Origin: Macrostomum lignano
Taxonomy: Eukaryota
Length of the DNA stretch: 64,000 nt
Assembly (NCBI GenBank): GCA_002269645.1
Contig: NIVC01001833.1
Location: 124,001-188,000 of the forward strand
Reading direction: 5' to 3'
Shown here: positions 9,718 through 20,429 of the stretch, in pieces
Layout: each line of letters opens with the position of its first letter
Position numbering within the stretch: the first letter of the stretch is position 1
Program-made: the position numbers and the translations under genes
Notes under the pieces: generated by a model
What the model was told of the DNA's origin: nothing
The model's input: only the letters and a program-made list of their open reading frames with translations
The model's database searches: none

Positions 9718-12496
9718 ATGTCCTATCAGCTATCAACATCCCCTTTAAGTCAGCTGTTCGCTGACGCCAGCACTAAAGACAAATTTGGTAAACAGATTCG
9801 CGAGGTCATAATGCAGTATTGCTATCGGACTGGGCTGCTACCTGACGGAGCTGATGACAAAACAATTGATGCCTCAGTGGCCAGTTTGAATGAACTTGAT
9901 GAAGCCGCTAGCAGCTGGTCAAGCTTGCAGGTGCGCTAAGCTGATGTCTGCTGACTGACGCGCCACCACGACCCCCTTGACTTAGTAGTTTCTTAGAAAA
10001 GGCAGTCTTGGCATCCCTTGTTTCTCTGGGACTCTGGTTTATCCTATAATTTTTTGTTTCTTAGAAAGGCGATGTTCACTCTGCTTTTTCTTTAAAAAAT
10101 CTTTAGTTAACGTATATAGGTTTTTTACAGATTTTAATTTATCCAGCACCTGAAGTTTCTTAGAAAGACCAGTTAAGCCAGAATTTTTATTTTCTTAGAA
10201 AGGCCTTTTTTCGCTAGCTTAAACAGTTTCTTAGAAACAAAAGGCCAGTTTAGCCAGCATTTGCAGTTTCTTAGAAAAGAAAGGCCAGTTCAGCCAGCAT
10301 TTGCAGTTTCTTAGAAACAAAAGGCCAGTTCAGCCAGCATTTGCAGTTTCTTAGAAACAAAAGGCCAGTATAGCCAACATTTGCAGTTTCTTAGAAACAA
10401 AAGACCAGTATAGCCAACATTTGCAGTTTCTTAGAAACAAAAGGTCAGTTAAGCCAGAATTTACAGTTTCTAAGAAACAAAGGCCAGTTCAGCCAACATT
10501 TGCAGTTTCTTAGAAAAGAAAGGCCAGTTCAGCCAACATTTGCAGTTTCTTAGAAAAGAAAGGCCAGTTTAGCCAGTATTTGCAGTTTCTTAGAAAAGAA
10601 AAGCCAGTATAGCCAACATTTGCAGTTTCTTAAAAAGTTTCTTAGAAAGTTAAGTTTACCTCACACATGATCAGCCACTACCCCCATCCGATAACCCAGG
10701 TGTGCAGTCTGGCGGAGGTGGCTCAACCCCAGAAGCCTCTATTAGGCTGCATCATATTTTATCCAACCTACTCAACTTGGGTTGGCGGCCGGCTCAGACT
10801 GGGGCTAGTGCAGTGCGACAGCAGCCAGCAGTCAAATCAGCAGCTGCTCTATAGCCTGCTCAGATCCGTGATCTGCCGGGCGTTGGATGATGAAGATTTG
10901 CAACGGATTGAACTGCTGCATCCGGCTTCTGATGCTGCCGTATATGGACCGCTCATGCAGCTGGGGTTTGAAGATCTCACTCAGACTGAGGAGTGGCATT
11001 TTGCCAGGTGATTTCTTGAATAATAAACGCCACACCCCAGGATCAGAAACCCCACACGCCAGAATCAGAAACCCCACACCCTAGAATCAGAAACCCCACA
11101 CCCTAGAATCAGAAACACCACACCCTAGAATTAGAAACACCACACCCTAGAATCAGAAACACCACACCCTAGAATCAGAAACACCACACCCTAGAATCAG
11201 AAACCCCACACCCCAGAATCAGAAACCCCACATCCCAGAATCAGAAACCCCACATCCCAGAATCAGAAACCCCACACCCTAGAATCAGAAACCCCACACC
11301 TCAGAATCCGAAATCCCACACCCTTGAGATCCCATTATCTAACTCGAACGCACAAATCTCCCCACCACGCAGGCTGGACAGGGACGGATTGCAAAACCTG
11401 GCCGAACGTCCGGCAAAGTCCGGCATAGCTGTCCGGGCTGGCGCCGAGTCCGACTGCGCCGAAGTGATGAAGATGATTCATGGATTGGCCAGCTTTGAAA
11501 AACTTCAAGCTCAGGTGAGTTTGTTTTGGCGCCGAAATAAGATAGTAATGGCCCCAAAATTAAATAGTAATGGCCCCAAAATTAAATAGGAATGTCGCCA
11601 AAATTAGATAGGAATGGCGCCAAAATTAGATAAGAATGGCGCCAAAATAAGATAGGAATGGCGCCAAAATTATATAGGAATGGCGCCAAAATTAGATAAG
11701 AATGGCGCCAAAATAAGATAGGAATGGCGCCAAAATTAGATAAGAATGTCGCCAAAATAAGATAGGAATGGCGCCAAAATTAGATAAGAATGTCGCCAAA
11801 ATAAGATAGAAATGGCGCCAAAATTAGATAAGAATGTCGCCAAAATAAGATAGGAATGGCGCCAAAATTAGATAAGAATGTCGCCAAAATAAGATAGGAA
11901 TGGCGCCAAAATTAGATAAGAATGTCGCCAAAATAAGATAAGGAATGGCGCCAAAATTAGAAGTTAAAAGCGCGATTAAAAACTTTTTAAACTGGCGCCA
12001 AAAGCCTCACGAGACTACTTACTACTCGTGCAGCAGTAGAAATGCAAGCATTTTCATTCTAAACTATTTTCATTCCAAGGTCCGCATCAACGAGGATCAA
12101 TTGAGACGGGATATTTTTGGCGAGCGCAAATTTGCTCAACTATTCATAGCTGAGCGCTCGAATTCGGGGGAAATTCTTGGCTACGCGTTGGCATTCGACG
12201 AGTTCTGGCCCAGTGGTCGCGGAGTTTGCTTAGAAGACGTGTTCGTTCAGCCGGCGCATCGCGGCAAAGGCGTCTGTAGCGCCCTGTTCTCAGCTGTGGC
12301 TCGCGACTCGCTTTATAATCGGCGTTGCCATTTTATGAGCCTCTGTTATCTGGCTTGGAATTCCGCCGCCTTTGATGTTTACCGACACTACGGCTTTGTA
12401 GACATCACCGGCTCTGATAGCTCCAAGTCGAATGGGGCGCATTTTTTAAGATTGTCGCGCGACCAGTTCCGATCCGCGCTTGGCCGGGCTCTGTAG
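9718..12496 (+). CDS. Tandem two-domain GNAT acetyltransferase of the spermidine/spermine (SSAT/SAT1-SAT2) type, exons 9718-9930, 10700-11007, 11373-11514, 12080-12496 (359 aa)
   Basis: GT-AG introns with matching phases (0,2,0); 1080-nt CDS. The C-terminal domain is canonical (VRAGAESDCAEVMKMIHGLASFEK...LEDVFVQPAHRGKGVCSALF...WNSAAFDVYRHYG). The N-terminal domain is degenerate but alignable (CSLAE...GCIIFYPTYSTWVG...GFEDLTQTEEWHFARLD). Confidence 0.8.
10160..10650. repeat. 40-bp minisatellite (GCAGTTTCTTAGAAACAAAAGGCCAGTTCAGCCAGCATTT) in GNAT intron 1
   Basis: Visible tandem units; internal TTTCT-T-AGAAA quasi-palindrome. Confidence 0.9.
11020..11325. repeat. 22-bp minisatellite (AGAATCAGAAACCCCACACCCT) in GNAT intron 2
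   Basis: Tandem units; the same unit occurs inverted at 14285-14640. Confidence 0.9.
11540..11960. repeat. 22-bp minisatellite (GAATGGCGCCAAAATTAGATAG) in GNAT intron 3
   Basis: Tandem units, many containing GGCGCCAAAA. Confidence 0.9.
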
Positions 12497-12892
12497 TATG
12501 ATTTGGGCGCGCTGTCCTCAGTAGCCTACTGATAGTAGAAATATTGACATTTTTGTCGAATTTCTTTTCTCTCCGCTAAAAATCCTATTGACAATCAATA
12601 TAGGGTCAAATTTTCCACGTTTGTGTAGAAATTTCGATTTTCATTGTTTTGGTTTTGTTTTCAAACAGGAAAAATCTGTTTATTTTGATTTGTTATTACA
12701 TTATTGTGCAGCTTATTACTTGTTATTTCGGCTTCTAGCAGTTTAATACTGTCATTAACCTATATTAGTATTGTTCTGATTGTTTTCCATGTCAAGTAAT
12801 TTTGTTAAGGATTGGTCAGTGGCAATCAGTAATGTGCACGACTTAATTGTGCACAGCTTTTATTATGGGACCTTTTGTGCACATACTAACTC

Positions 12893-13680
12893 TCCCTCTA
12901 CCTCTACCCTCCCACTCATCCTCTCTCTCCCTCTCCCCCTCTCCGTCTCTCCCTCTCCGTCTCTCCCTCTACCTCTACCCTCCCACTCATCCTCTCTCTC
13001 CCTCTCCCCCTCTCCGTCTCTCCCCTCTCCGTCTCTCCCTCTACCTCTACCCTCCCACTCATCCTCTCTCTCCCTCTCCCCCTCTCCGTCTCTCCCCTCT
13101 CCGTCTCTCCCTCTACCTCTACCCTCCCACTCATCCTCTCTCTCCCTCTCCCCCTCTCCGTCTCTCCCCTCTCCGTCTCTCCCTCTACCTCTACCCTCCC
13201 ACTCATCCTCTCTCTCCCTCTCCCCCTCTCCGTCTCTCCCCTCTCCGTCTCTCCCTCTACCTCTACCCTCCCACTCATCCTCTCTCTCCCTCTCCCCCTC
13301 TCCGTCTCTCCCCTCTCCGTCTCTCCCTCTACCTCTACCCTCCCACTCATCCTCTCTCTCCCTCTCCCCCTCTCCGTCTCTCCCCTCTCCGTCTCTCCCC
13401 TCTCCGTCTCTCCCTCTACCTCTACCCTCCCACTCATCCTCTCTCTCCCTCTCCCCCTCTCCGTCTCTCCCCTCTCCGTCTCTCCCTCTACCTCTACCCT
13501 CCCACTCATCCTCTCTCTCCCTCTCCCCCTCTCCGTCTCTCCCCTCTCCGTCTCTCCCTCTACCTCTCCCCCTCCCTCTTACCCCTCTCTCTGTCCCTCT
13601 CCCTCTACCCTCTCTCTCCCTCTCTTCCTCACCCTCTCCCCTCTCCATCCCGCTCTCTTACCCTTTCCCCCTCTTCATCT
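12893..13680. repeat. Polypyrimidine/polypurine (CT-rich) minisatellite, ~60-bp higher-order unit
   Basis: Recurring CCTCTACCCTCCCACTCATCCTCTCTCTCCCTCTCCCCCTCTCCGTCTCT... block; source of ORFs 12780-13707. Confidence 0.9.
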
Positions 13681-14284
13681 CGCAACTTTTCCTCTAGTTT
13701 TATATAAGTGATTTCAATGTTATTTAGTATTATTTATTTACAGATATCATCTAGTATTCTTTATTAGTTAGTACTCAATTATTTCTGTAAATTTCTTGAA
13801 GCAAAATACTAACAAAAAGTTTCATAAGCGCCCAGTTGTCTGCATTCAAATAAACAGACCTTATTAATATTACTATAATTATCTTATTCTGAGCCTCTTG
13901 CAAGACGGGTGCTTTGCAGTTAATTTTTATTTTATTTTGTTTATTTTTCCTACATTTCCCCTTTTTAATTTCCGATCAGCTTACAATGATAATTATTAAA
14001 GTAATTACAATATAAGTCTGTCGTGTGATTTTCATATTTCTTATTGTCTTATTTAGTACAGCTATTAGCTTCAATATTGTCAATCCACTTAACCATTATT
14101 CATTTTATTAAATAGTTTTGTTCTTATAATAAATTTAGTCAAAGTGATTTTGGCTTTTACCTGCTAATCTTTTGCCTGTTTATGTTATATGAATCTACTT
14201 TATTCATTCAATAGGTTTTCCACAGGAGTTTTATTCTAGCTAATTTCAGTTTTAATAGGTTTTAGATGATGCTTTTCTGACTCT

Positions 14285-14640
14285 CTGTGTGGGATTTCCG
14301 ATTCTGAGGTGTGGGCTTTCTGATTCTGGGGTGTGGGGTTTCTGATTCTGTGTGGGATTTCTGATTCTGGTGTGGGCTTTCTGATTCTGAGGTGTGAGGT
14401 TTCTGATTCTGGGGTGTGGGTTTCTGATTCTGGGGTGTGGGGTTTCTGATTCAGGGGTGTGGGGTTTCTGATTCTATGGTGTGGGGTTTCTGATTCTGGG
14501 GTGTGGGGTTTCCGATTCGGAGTGTGGGGTTTCCGATTCTGGAGTGTGAGGTTTCCGATTCTGGAGTGTGGGGTTTCCGATTCGGAGTGTGGGGTTTCCG
14601 ATTCTGGAGTGAAGGTTTTCTGTGTTTGAGTGTGAGATTG
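14285..14640. repeat. 22-bp minisatellite (GGGGTTTCTGATTCTGGGGTGT), reverse complement of the GNAT intron 2 array
   Basis: Direct reverse-complement comparison with 11020-11325. Confidence 0.88.
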
Positions 14641-14748
14641 CTGTATTTGGGTGTGGGATTTCTGATTGAAGGTACTTAGAAAAGTTTCTAGATTCAGCGT
14701 GTTACACTTATTGTATTCATGCAACTGCAATCGGAGTAGTAGACCAGA

Positions 14749-15254
14749 ATGGACACTCTGGGCGGTCTGCAAGCTCTGCAAACTCTGCTGAAGCCGCCAG
14801 GCGGCGGTCAAGATGAAGACAGCGACAGCGAGTCAGAGTCGGGCGGCCAGCAGCGCAAGAATCACTACGCCAAGCTGAACCCGGGAGACATCGGCAGCAA
14901 GCCTTCGTCTGCGCCAGCTGCTGACCAGTCAGGCGACGCCGCTGCTAAACTGCCGCAGGCGAACCCCAACGATATCTGGCATCCCGACGAAATTGGCGAA
15001 GGCGAATCCGGCGTCCTTGACGACCGTCTGGACCCCCGAGCTCAGCCGGAGTACGAGATGCACTTCCGGCAGGCTGTGTCGCCTGAGGACATGTTTCTGG
15101 GCACCGGGAATAAGACTCCGGCTACCGCCAGCTGCGAGCAGATGGTGGTGAGCAGTCTTGTAGCTAACGCTGACTGCTGAGCACAGGATAGCGCAAGCCA
15201 GTACTGTACGCAGGCACTACTACTACTGCTATACTACTACTACTGATACTACTA

Positions 15255-15306
<52 letters not shown>

Positions 15307-18300
15307 TCGAATTGCTAGTGAATTAGTCCGTCAAGTTTCCCAATACCCACTCACATTGACATTGCAATGCCCACAACAAGCTGGCTCATGCATCATCTAT
15401 CAGTACGATAATTATTGTTTGATCTAGGCTAAGCGGGAAAAAAAACAATTTTGTTTCTATGTGAAAGAAACTGCGCAAAGCGCTGAACTCTCAAGCTGGA
15501 CTCAATATATATACACGGATGTTGCCTGAGCCAAAGCAAGCAAGACATCATCAGCTATGCATAGCCAATCGAGCAAAGCATTCCCTACCGATCGGCAATT
15601 GACTTTGCGTCAAAAGATTCACAAAGGCTGGCACTGGAGCAATGGAATAGGCAGCTACGGTAGCCTCTCAGATCAGAGCATAACCGACTCAGAGCTGGAT
15701 CACGTGACTAAAGTTATGAAACGTTGGGAAGCTTTGCAACTGGCTGACACGTTGCGTTTACACGGCGCCGCTCAGAGATTGCGCTGTTTAAAGAAATCTC
15801 TAGCCGGAGATGGAATCCAGTCTTGCTTGATGTGCGGCTTGAGACTGGCTAATGCGTCTCATTGCTGCTTCCCCGGCTCCTTTGCTGCTTCAGCTGGCAC
15901 CATGTGCTGTCTCTGCGGACTGCGATTCTGTGCTGACTGTCTGTGAGTACCTGCGGCAGCTCGTGCGGTTTTCTTAAAATCATCTGATTTAGCATTTACA
16001 TAATCTGACATGATTTCTCACAATCTGATATGATTTCTGACAATCCGACATGATTTCTGACAATCCGACATGATTTCTGACAATCCGTCATGATTTCTGA
16101 CAACTTGACTTGATTTCTGACAATCTGACATGATTTCTGACAATCTGATATGATTTCTGACAATCTGACATGATTTCTGACAATCTGATATGATTTCTGA
16201 CAATCTGACATGATTTCTGACAATTTGATATGATTTCTGACAATCTGACATGATTTCTGACAATCTGACATGATTTCTGACAATTTGACATGATTTCTGA
16301 CAATCTGACATGATTTCTGACAATCTGACATGATTTCTGACAATTTGACATGATTTCTGACTATATAACACGATAACTGACACTCTGACACATTAGTTGA
16401 CAATCTGACACAGTTGTTGACAATCTGACACAGTTGTTGACAATCTGACACAGTTGCTGACAATCTGACACAGTTTTTGACAATCTGACACGGTTGTTGA
16501 CAATCTGACAATCTGACAGTCTGACAATCTGACACAGTTGTTGACAATCTGAAACAGTTGCTGACAATCTGACACAGTTGTTGACAATCTGACACAGTTG
16601 TTGACAATCTGACACATTAGTTGACAATCTGACAGTTGCTGACAATCTGACACAGTTGTTGACAATCTGACAATCTGACAGTCTGACAATCTGACACAGT
16701 TGTTGACAATCTGACACAGTTGTTGACAATCTGACACAGTTGCTGACAATCTGACACAGTTGTTGACAATCTGACACAGTTGCTGACAATCTGACACAGT
16801 TGCTGACAATCTGACACAGTTGTTGACAATCTGAAACAGTTGCTGACAATCTGACACAGTTGCTGACAATCTGACACAGTTGTTGACAATCTGACACAGT
16901 TGCTGACAATCTGACACAGTTGCTAACAATCTGACACAGTTGTTGACAATCTGACACAGTTGCTGACAATCTGACACAGTTGTTGACAATCTGACACAGT
17001 TGTTGACAATCTGACACAGTTGCTGACAATCTGACACAGTTGCTGACAATCTGACACAGTTGTTGACAATCTGACACAGTTGTTGACAATCTGACACAGT
17101 TGCTGACAATCTGACACAGTTGCTGACAATCTGACACAGTTGTTGACAATCTGATACAGTTGCTGACAATCTGACACAGTTGTTGACAATCTGACACAGT
17201 TGCTGACAATCTGACACAGTTGTTGACAACCTGATACGATTTGTGACACTTGAAGTCCTGACAGTTTGCCACAGATATTCTCAGTCAAGCGCTACTCAAC
17301 CACACATGCCAGACCGCCTAAGGAAGATTCTCCAGCATCCACTCCATCCTGGAGCTCCACAGCCAGCTCCAACGCTGCCACCGCATCACCTCTAGCCGAG
17401 AAGGCCTGCCATTGCGCCAAGAAGCTGGTCTGCGAAGTTTGCCTACAAAGAAACCGGTTGCAGACAGAATCGGGCAGTTGGTGGCAAAACAATTCCGGCG
17501 CGATTTCGTCGGTTGTTGATAAGAAAATCTCTGTAACCGCCTGTCCCACAGCTGTGTCGCAAATGCCCAGTGTGAAGAAGTCAGACAGCTCCAAGTTGAA
17601 CAGATTCGGGACAAGATCGGCGAGTGTCAGCTGCTACTGCTGTATTGGCAGCGCTCTGGCAATGCGCAGGGCTGGTCTGCCCAAACTGAAGCTAATTAGG
17701 CCTGTTTTAACCGATTGAGACACGAACTGAATTATGCTTTATCGATAATAAATTAACAGATCGTGCTGCTAAGACTGTTAGCGAGAGTTTTTGTCTTCCT
17801 TGCTGGTCTTGCTGTTTTCCTATCTTATGGTATTCCAGGTGCTATTCTTGTGCACTGATAATCGACCTTTTGTTCATTTCAACCTGAGAATTCCCTTCAG
17901 TCTTACCTGAGAATCTCCTTCAATCTCACATGTGAATCGGCCCTCAATCTCACATGTGAATCGGCCCTCAATCTCACCTCTGAGAATCGCCCCTCAATCA
18001 TCTCACCTAAGAATCGCCCTGAATCTCACCTCTGAGAATCGCCCCTCAATCTCACCTCAGAATCGCCCCTCAATCATCTCACCTAAGAATCGCCGCTCAA
18101 TCTCACCTAAGAATTGCCCCTCAATCATCTCACCTAAGAATCGCCCTCAATCTCACCTCTGAGAATCGCCCCTCAATCATCTCACCTAAGAATCGCCACT
18201 CAATCTCACCTAAGAATCGCCCCTCAATCATCTCACCTAAGAATCGCCCTGAATCTCACCTCTGAGAATTGCCCCTCAATCTCACCTCTGAGAATCGCCC

Positions 18301-19254
18301 CTCAATCTCACCTCTGAGAATCGCCCCTCAATCATCTCACCTAAGAATCGGCCCTCAATCTCACCTTTGAGAATCGCCCCTCAATCTCACCTCTGAGAAT
18401 CGCCCCTCAATCTCACCTCAGAATCGCCCCTCAATCATCTCACCTAAGAATCGGCCCTCAATCTCACCTTTGAGAATCGCCCCTCAATCTCACCTCTGAG
18501 AATCGCCCCTCAATCTCACCTCAGAATCGCCCCTCAATCATCTCACCTAAGAATCGCCGCTCAATCTCACCTAAGAATTGCCCCTCAATCATCTCACCTA
18601 AGAATCGCCCTCAATCTCACCTCTGAGAATCGCCCCTCAATCATCTCACCTAAGAATCGCCACTCAATCTCACCTAAGAATCGCCCCTCAATCATCTCAC
18701 CTAAGAATCGCCCTCAATCTCACCTCTGAGAATCGGCCCTCAATCTCACCTCTGATAATCGCCCCTCAATCTCACCTCTGATAATCGCCCCTCAATCCCA
18801 CCTGAGAATCGGCTCTCAATTTCATTTGAGAATCGTCGTTCAATCTCACCTGAGAATCGGCCCTCAATCTCACCTCCTAGAATCGCCCCTCAATCTCACC
18901 TGAAGATCGGTAAAGAGAAGCCTTTTTAAATCTACAACATTTTAGCTTACCAAAGTTCGTGCTGCATTCACTACTAGTTTAGCCAACAATTTCAGTAGTA
19001 ACGCACGCACATCTTCACCCCCCTTCTCCTCCGCGCAGATCAGCATTAAACTGCCTGGCACAAAATCTGCTAACGAATTAAACTTGGACATTCGCGAGAA
19101 ATTTCTTGACCTTCGTTCGGCTCGTTACCGGCTGGGTTTGCACCTGCCCAATGCGGTGGACCCAGATTCGGGTAGCGCCAAATTCGACTGCGACTCTGCC
19201 AGCCTAACTATCATTCTCAACAATAAGCGGGAGTATGACTTTGTTAATTTTTAG
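14749..19254 (+). CDS. DNAAF6: Dynein axonemal assembly factor 6 (PIH1D3), exons 14749-15147 and 19039-19254 (204 aa)
   Basis: Exon 1 has IWHPDEI...DPRAQPEYEMHFRQAVSPEDMFLG...KTPATASCEQMV. Exon 2, absent from the ORF track, reads ISIKLPGTKSANELNLDIREKFLDLRS...LHLPNAVDPDSGSAKFD...LTIILNNKREYDFVNF*, the CS/PIH-type C-terminus. Phase-0 GTGAGC...GCGCAG intron; AATAAA at 19421. Confidence 0.92.
15213..15306. repeat. (CTA)n microsatellite
   Basis: Near-perfect trinucleotide run early in the DNAAF6 intron. Confidence 0.95.
15557..17718 (+). CDS. RPH3AL: Rabphilin/Noc2 (RPH3AL)-like Rab effector: Rab-binding helix + FYVE-type Zn finger, no C2 domains; exons 15557-15942 and 17265-17718 (279 aa); nested in the DNAAF6 intron
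   Basis: FPTDRQLTLRQKIHKGW resembles the CPNDRQLALRAKL..GW motif; GDGIQSCLMCG; four CxxC pairs (CLMC, CCLC, CADC, CEVC); SGSWW resembles the SGAWF Rab-binding motif. Phase-2 intron GTGAGT...CTGACAG; 840-nt CDS; AATAAA at 17747. The symbol denotes architecture, not proven orthology. Confidence 0.8.
15995..17235. repeat. Two adjacent related 20-bp minisatellites (GACAATCTGACATGATTTCT then GACAATCTGACACAGTTGTT) filling the nested gene's intron
   Basis: Visible tandem units, with a switch of unit type near 16370. Confidence 0.93.
17905..18905. repeat. 24-27-bp minisatellite (AATCGCCCCTCAATCTCACCTCTGAG-like) in the DNAAF6 intron
   Basis: Reverse complement of the 21050-22600 unit. Confidence 0.92.
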
Positions 19255-19494
19255 CATCAGTTTTCTTGTTAGAACACATTCCAATTGTGAGTAGGCTGTG
19301 CCGAATATCCGTCCAATATAATTATGTACTCAAATTATTGCTTGCATTCACGCGGATGTGTCTTAATAAAGCTTTACCGTGTGCCTTTTCTGATGAAAAT
19401 ATGTTTTGTTTCATATTACTAATAAAAATAGTCATTCTTTTCGAATTTGTTATTTTGTCAATCATAATGTGAATCACATGACTTGATTCAACGA

Positions 19495-19700
19495 GATTTA
19501 CTCTACTGATGAGTGACCATAGAGTGACTCAATTCAGGAGATTCACACTACCGATGAGTGAGGGACCGGACTGACTCAATTCAGGAGATTCACACTACTG
19601 ACAAGTGACCAGATAGTGACAATTTAGGGAGATTCACACCATTCTGACAAGTGACCAGAGAGTGACTCAATTTAGCGACATTCCCGCTACTGATGAGTGA
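19495..19700. repeat. Degenerate ~42-48-bp tandem repeat (GAGTGACTCAATTCAGGAGATTCACACTACTGAT...)
   Basis: 4-5 imperfect copies downstream of DNAAF6. Confidence 0.7.
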
Positions 19701-20429
19701 CTCCATTCACACTATATTGGCTCTAGTTAGTGACTAGATCAGTGACTATAGAATCGCAGCTAACCTCTCACTAATGCTGAATGAGACACTTCAGTCTGGT
19801 TAAATAATTAATAGCTAGCATTTAGCCAGAAATCTTTCACCTGGCCTGGGCAGTGAGTGCTTGATAAGCTACCTATTTGAAGAGAATTAAATGAAGCGAC
19901 ATCTTGCTAATCTCAGCGGGGGATCCTGGAATTTCAACCACTCACTCGCTCAGATTCTGTTATAGTCAAAGAGTGAGAATCGGAGAGAGTGGTTCTGCAG
20001 TTCATATCAATAATTGAACAGGTATATTTAGTGTAAAGTTGAAAGTTTTTTTGCGTCAGGCAATTAGTTATAAATTATTTCGTCCTGCATCCAACTGCGG
20101 TGCAGCTTCATCATTCTTGCCTCACTTAAGGGTGAATTTTAAGTGGAAGCTGGATCACTTGATGACGTGACACGGGAAACCCTGACGGATTGTTCAAAGG
20201 TAAAAACCTGATCCTTACTCCATACACACCAGTATATTGCACAGATAATCTTCACCTGTCTTTGCATTGTGTGCTCAGTCATGGATACTTCAAAACAGAA
20301 CTTGGGTTGCCAAGTCTTAAGTTTGTTTTTTCAGTTAGGGCAACTTTATATGAATAATATTTTACTGAATCTGTCATGATTTCGGCTTGGTCAGACCCAA
20401 GTCTTAGCATTCCAGATATTTGGATTGAG

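Noticed and set aside
12780-13707. Long low-complexity ORFs in arrays (also 15996-17288, 20376-22653, 28789-30851, 32745-33569, 57439-59750, 60379-61246)
   Set aside because: They are translations of stop-free tandem repeats, open in several frames and on both strands, with no domain signal.
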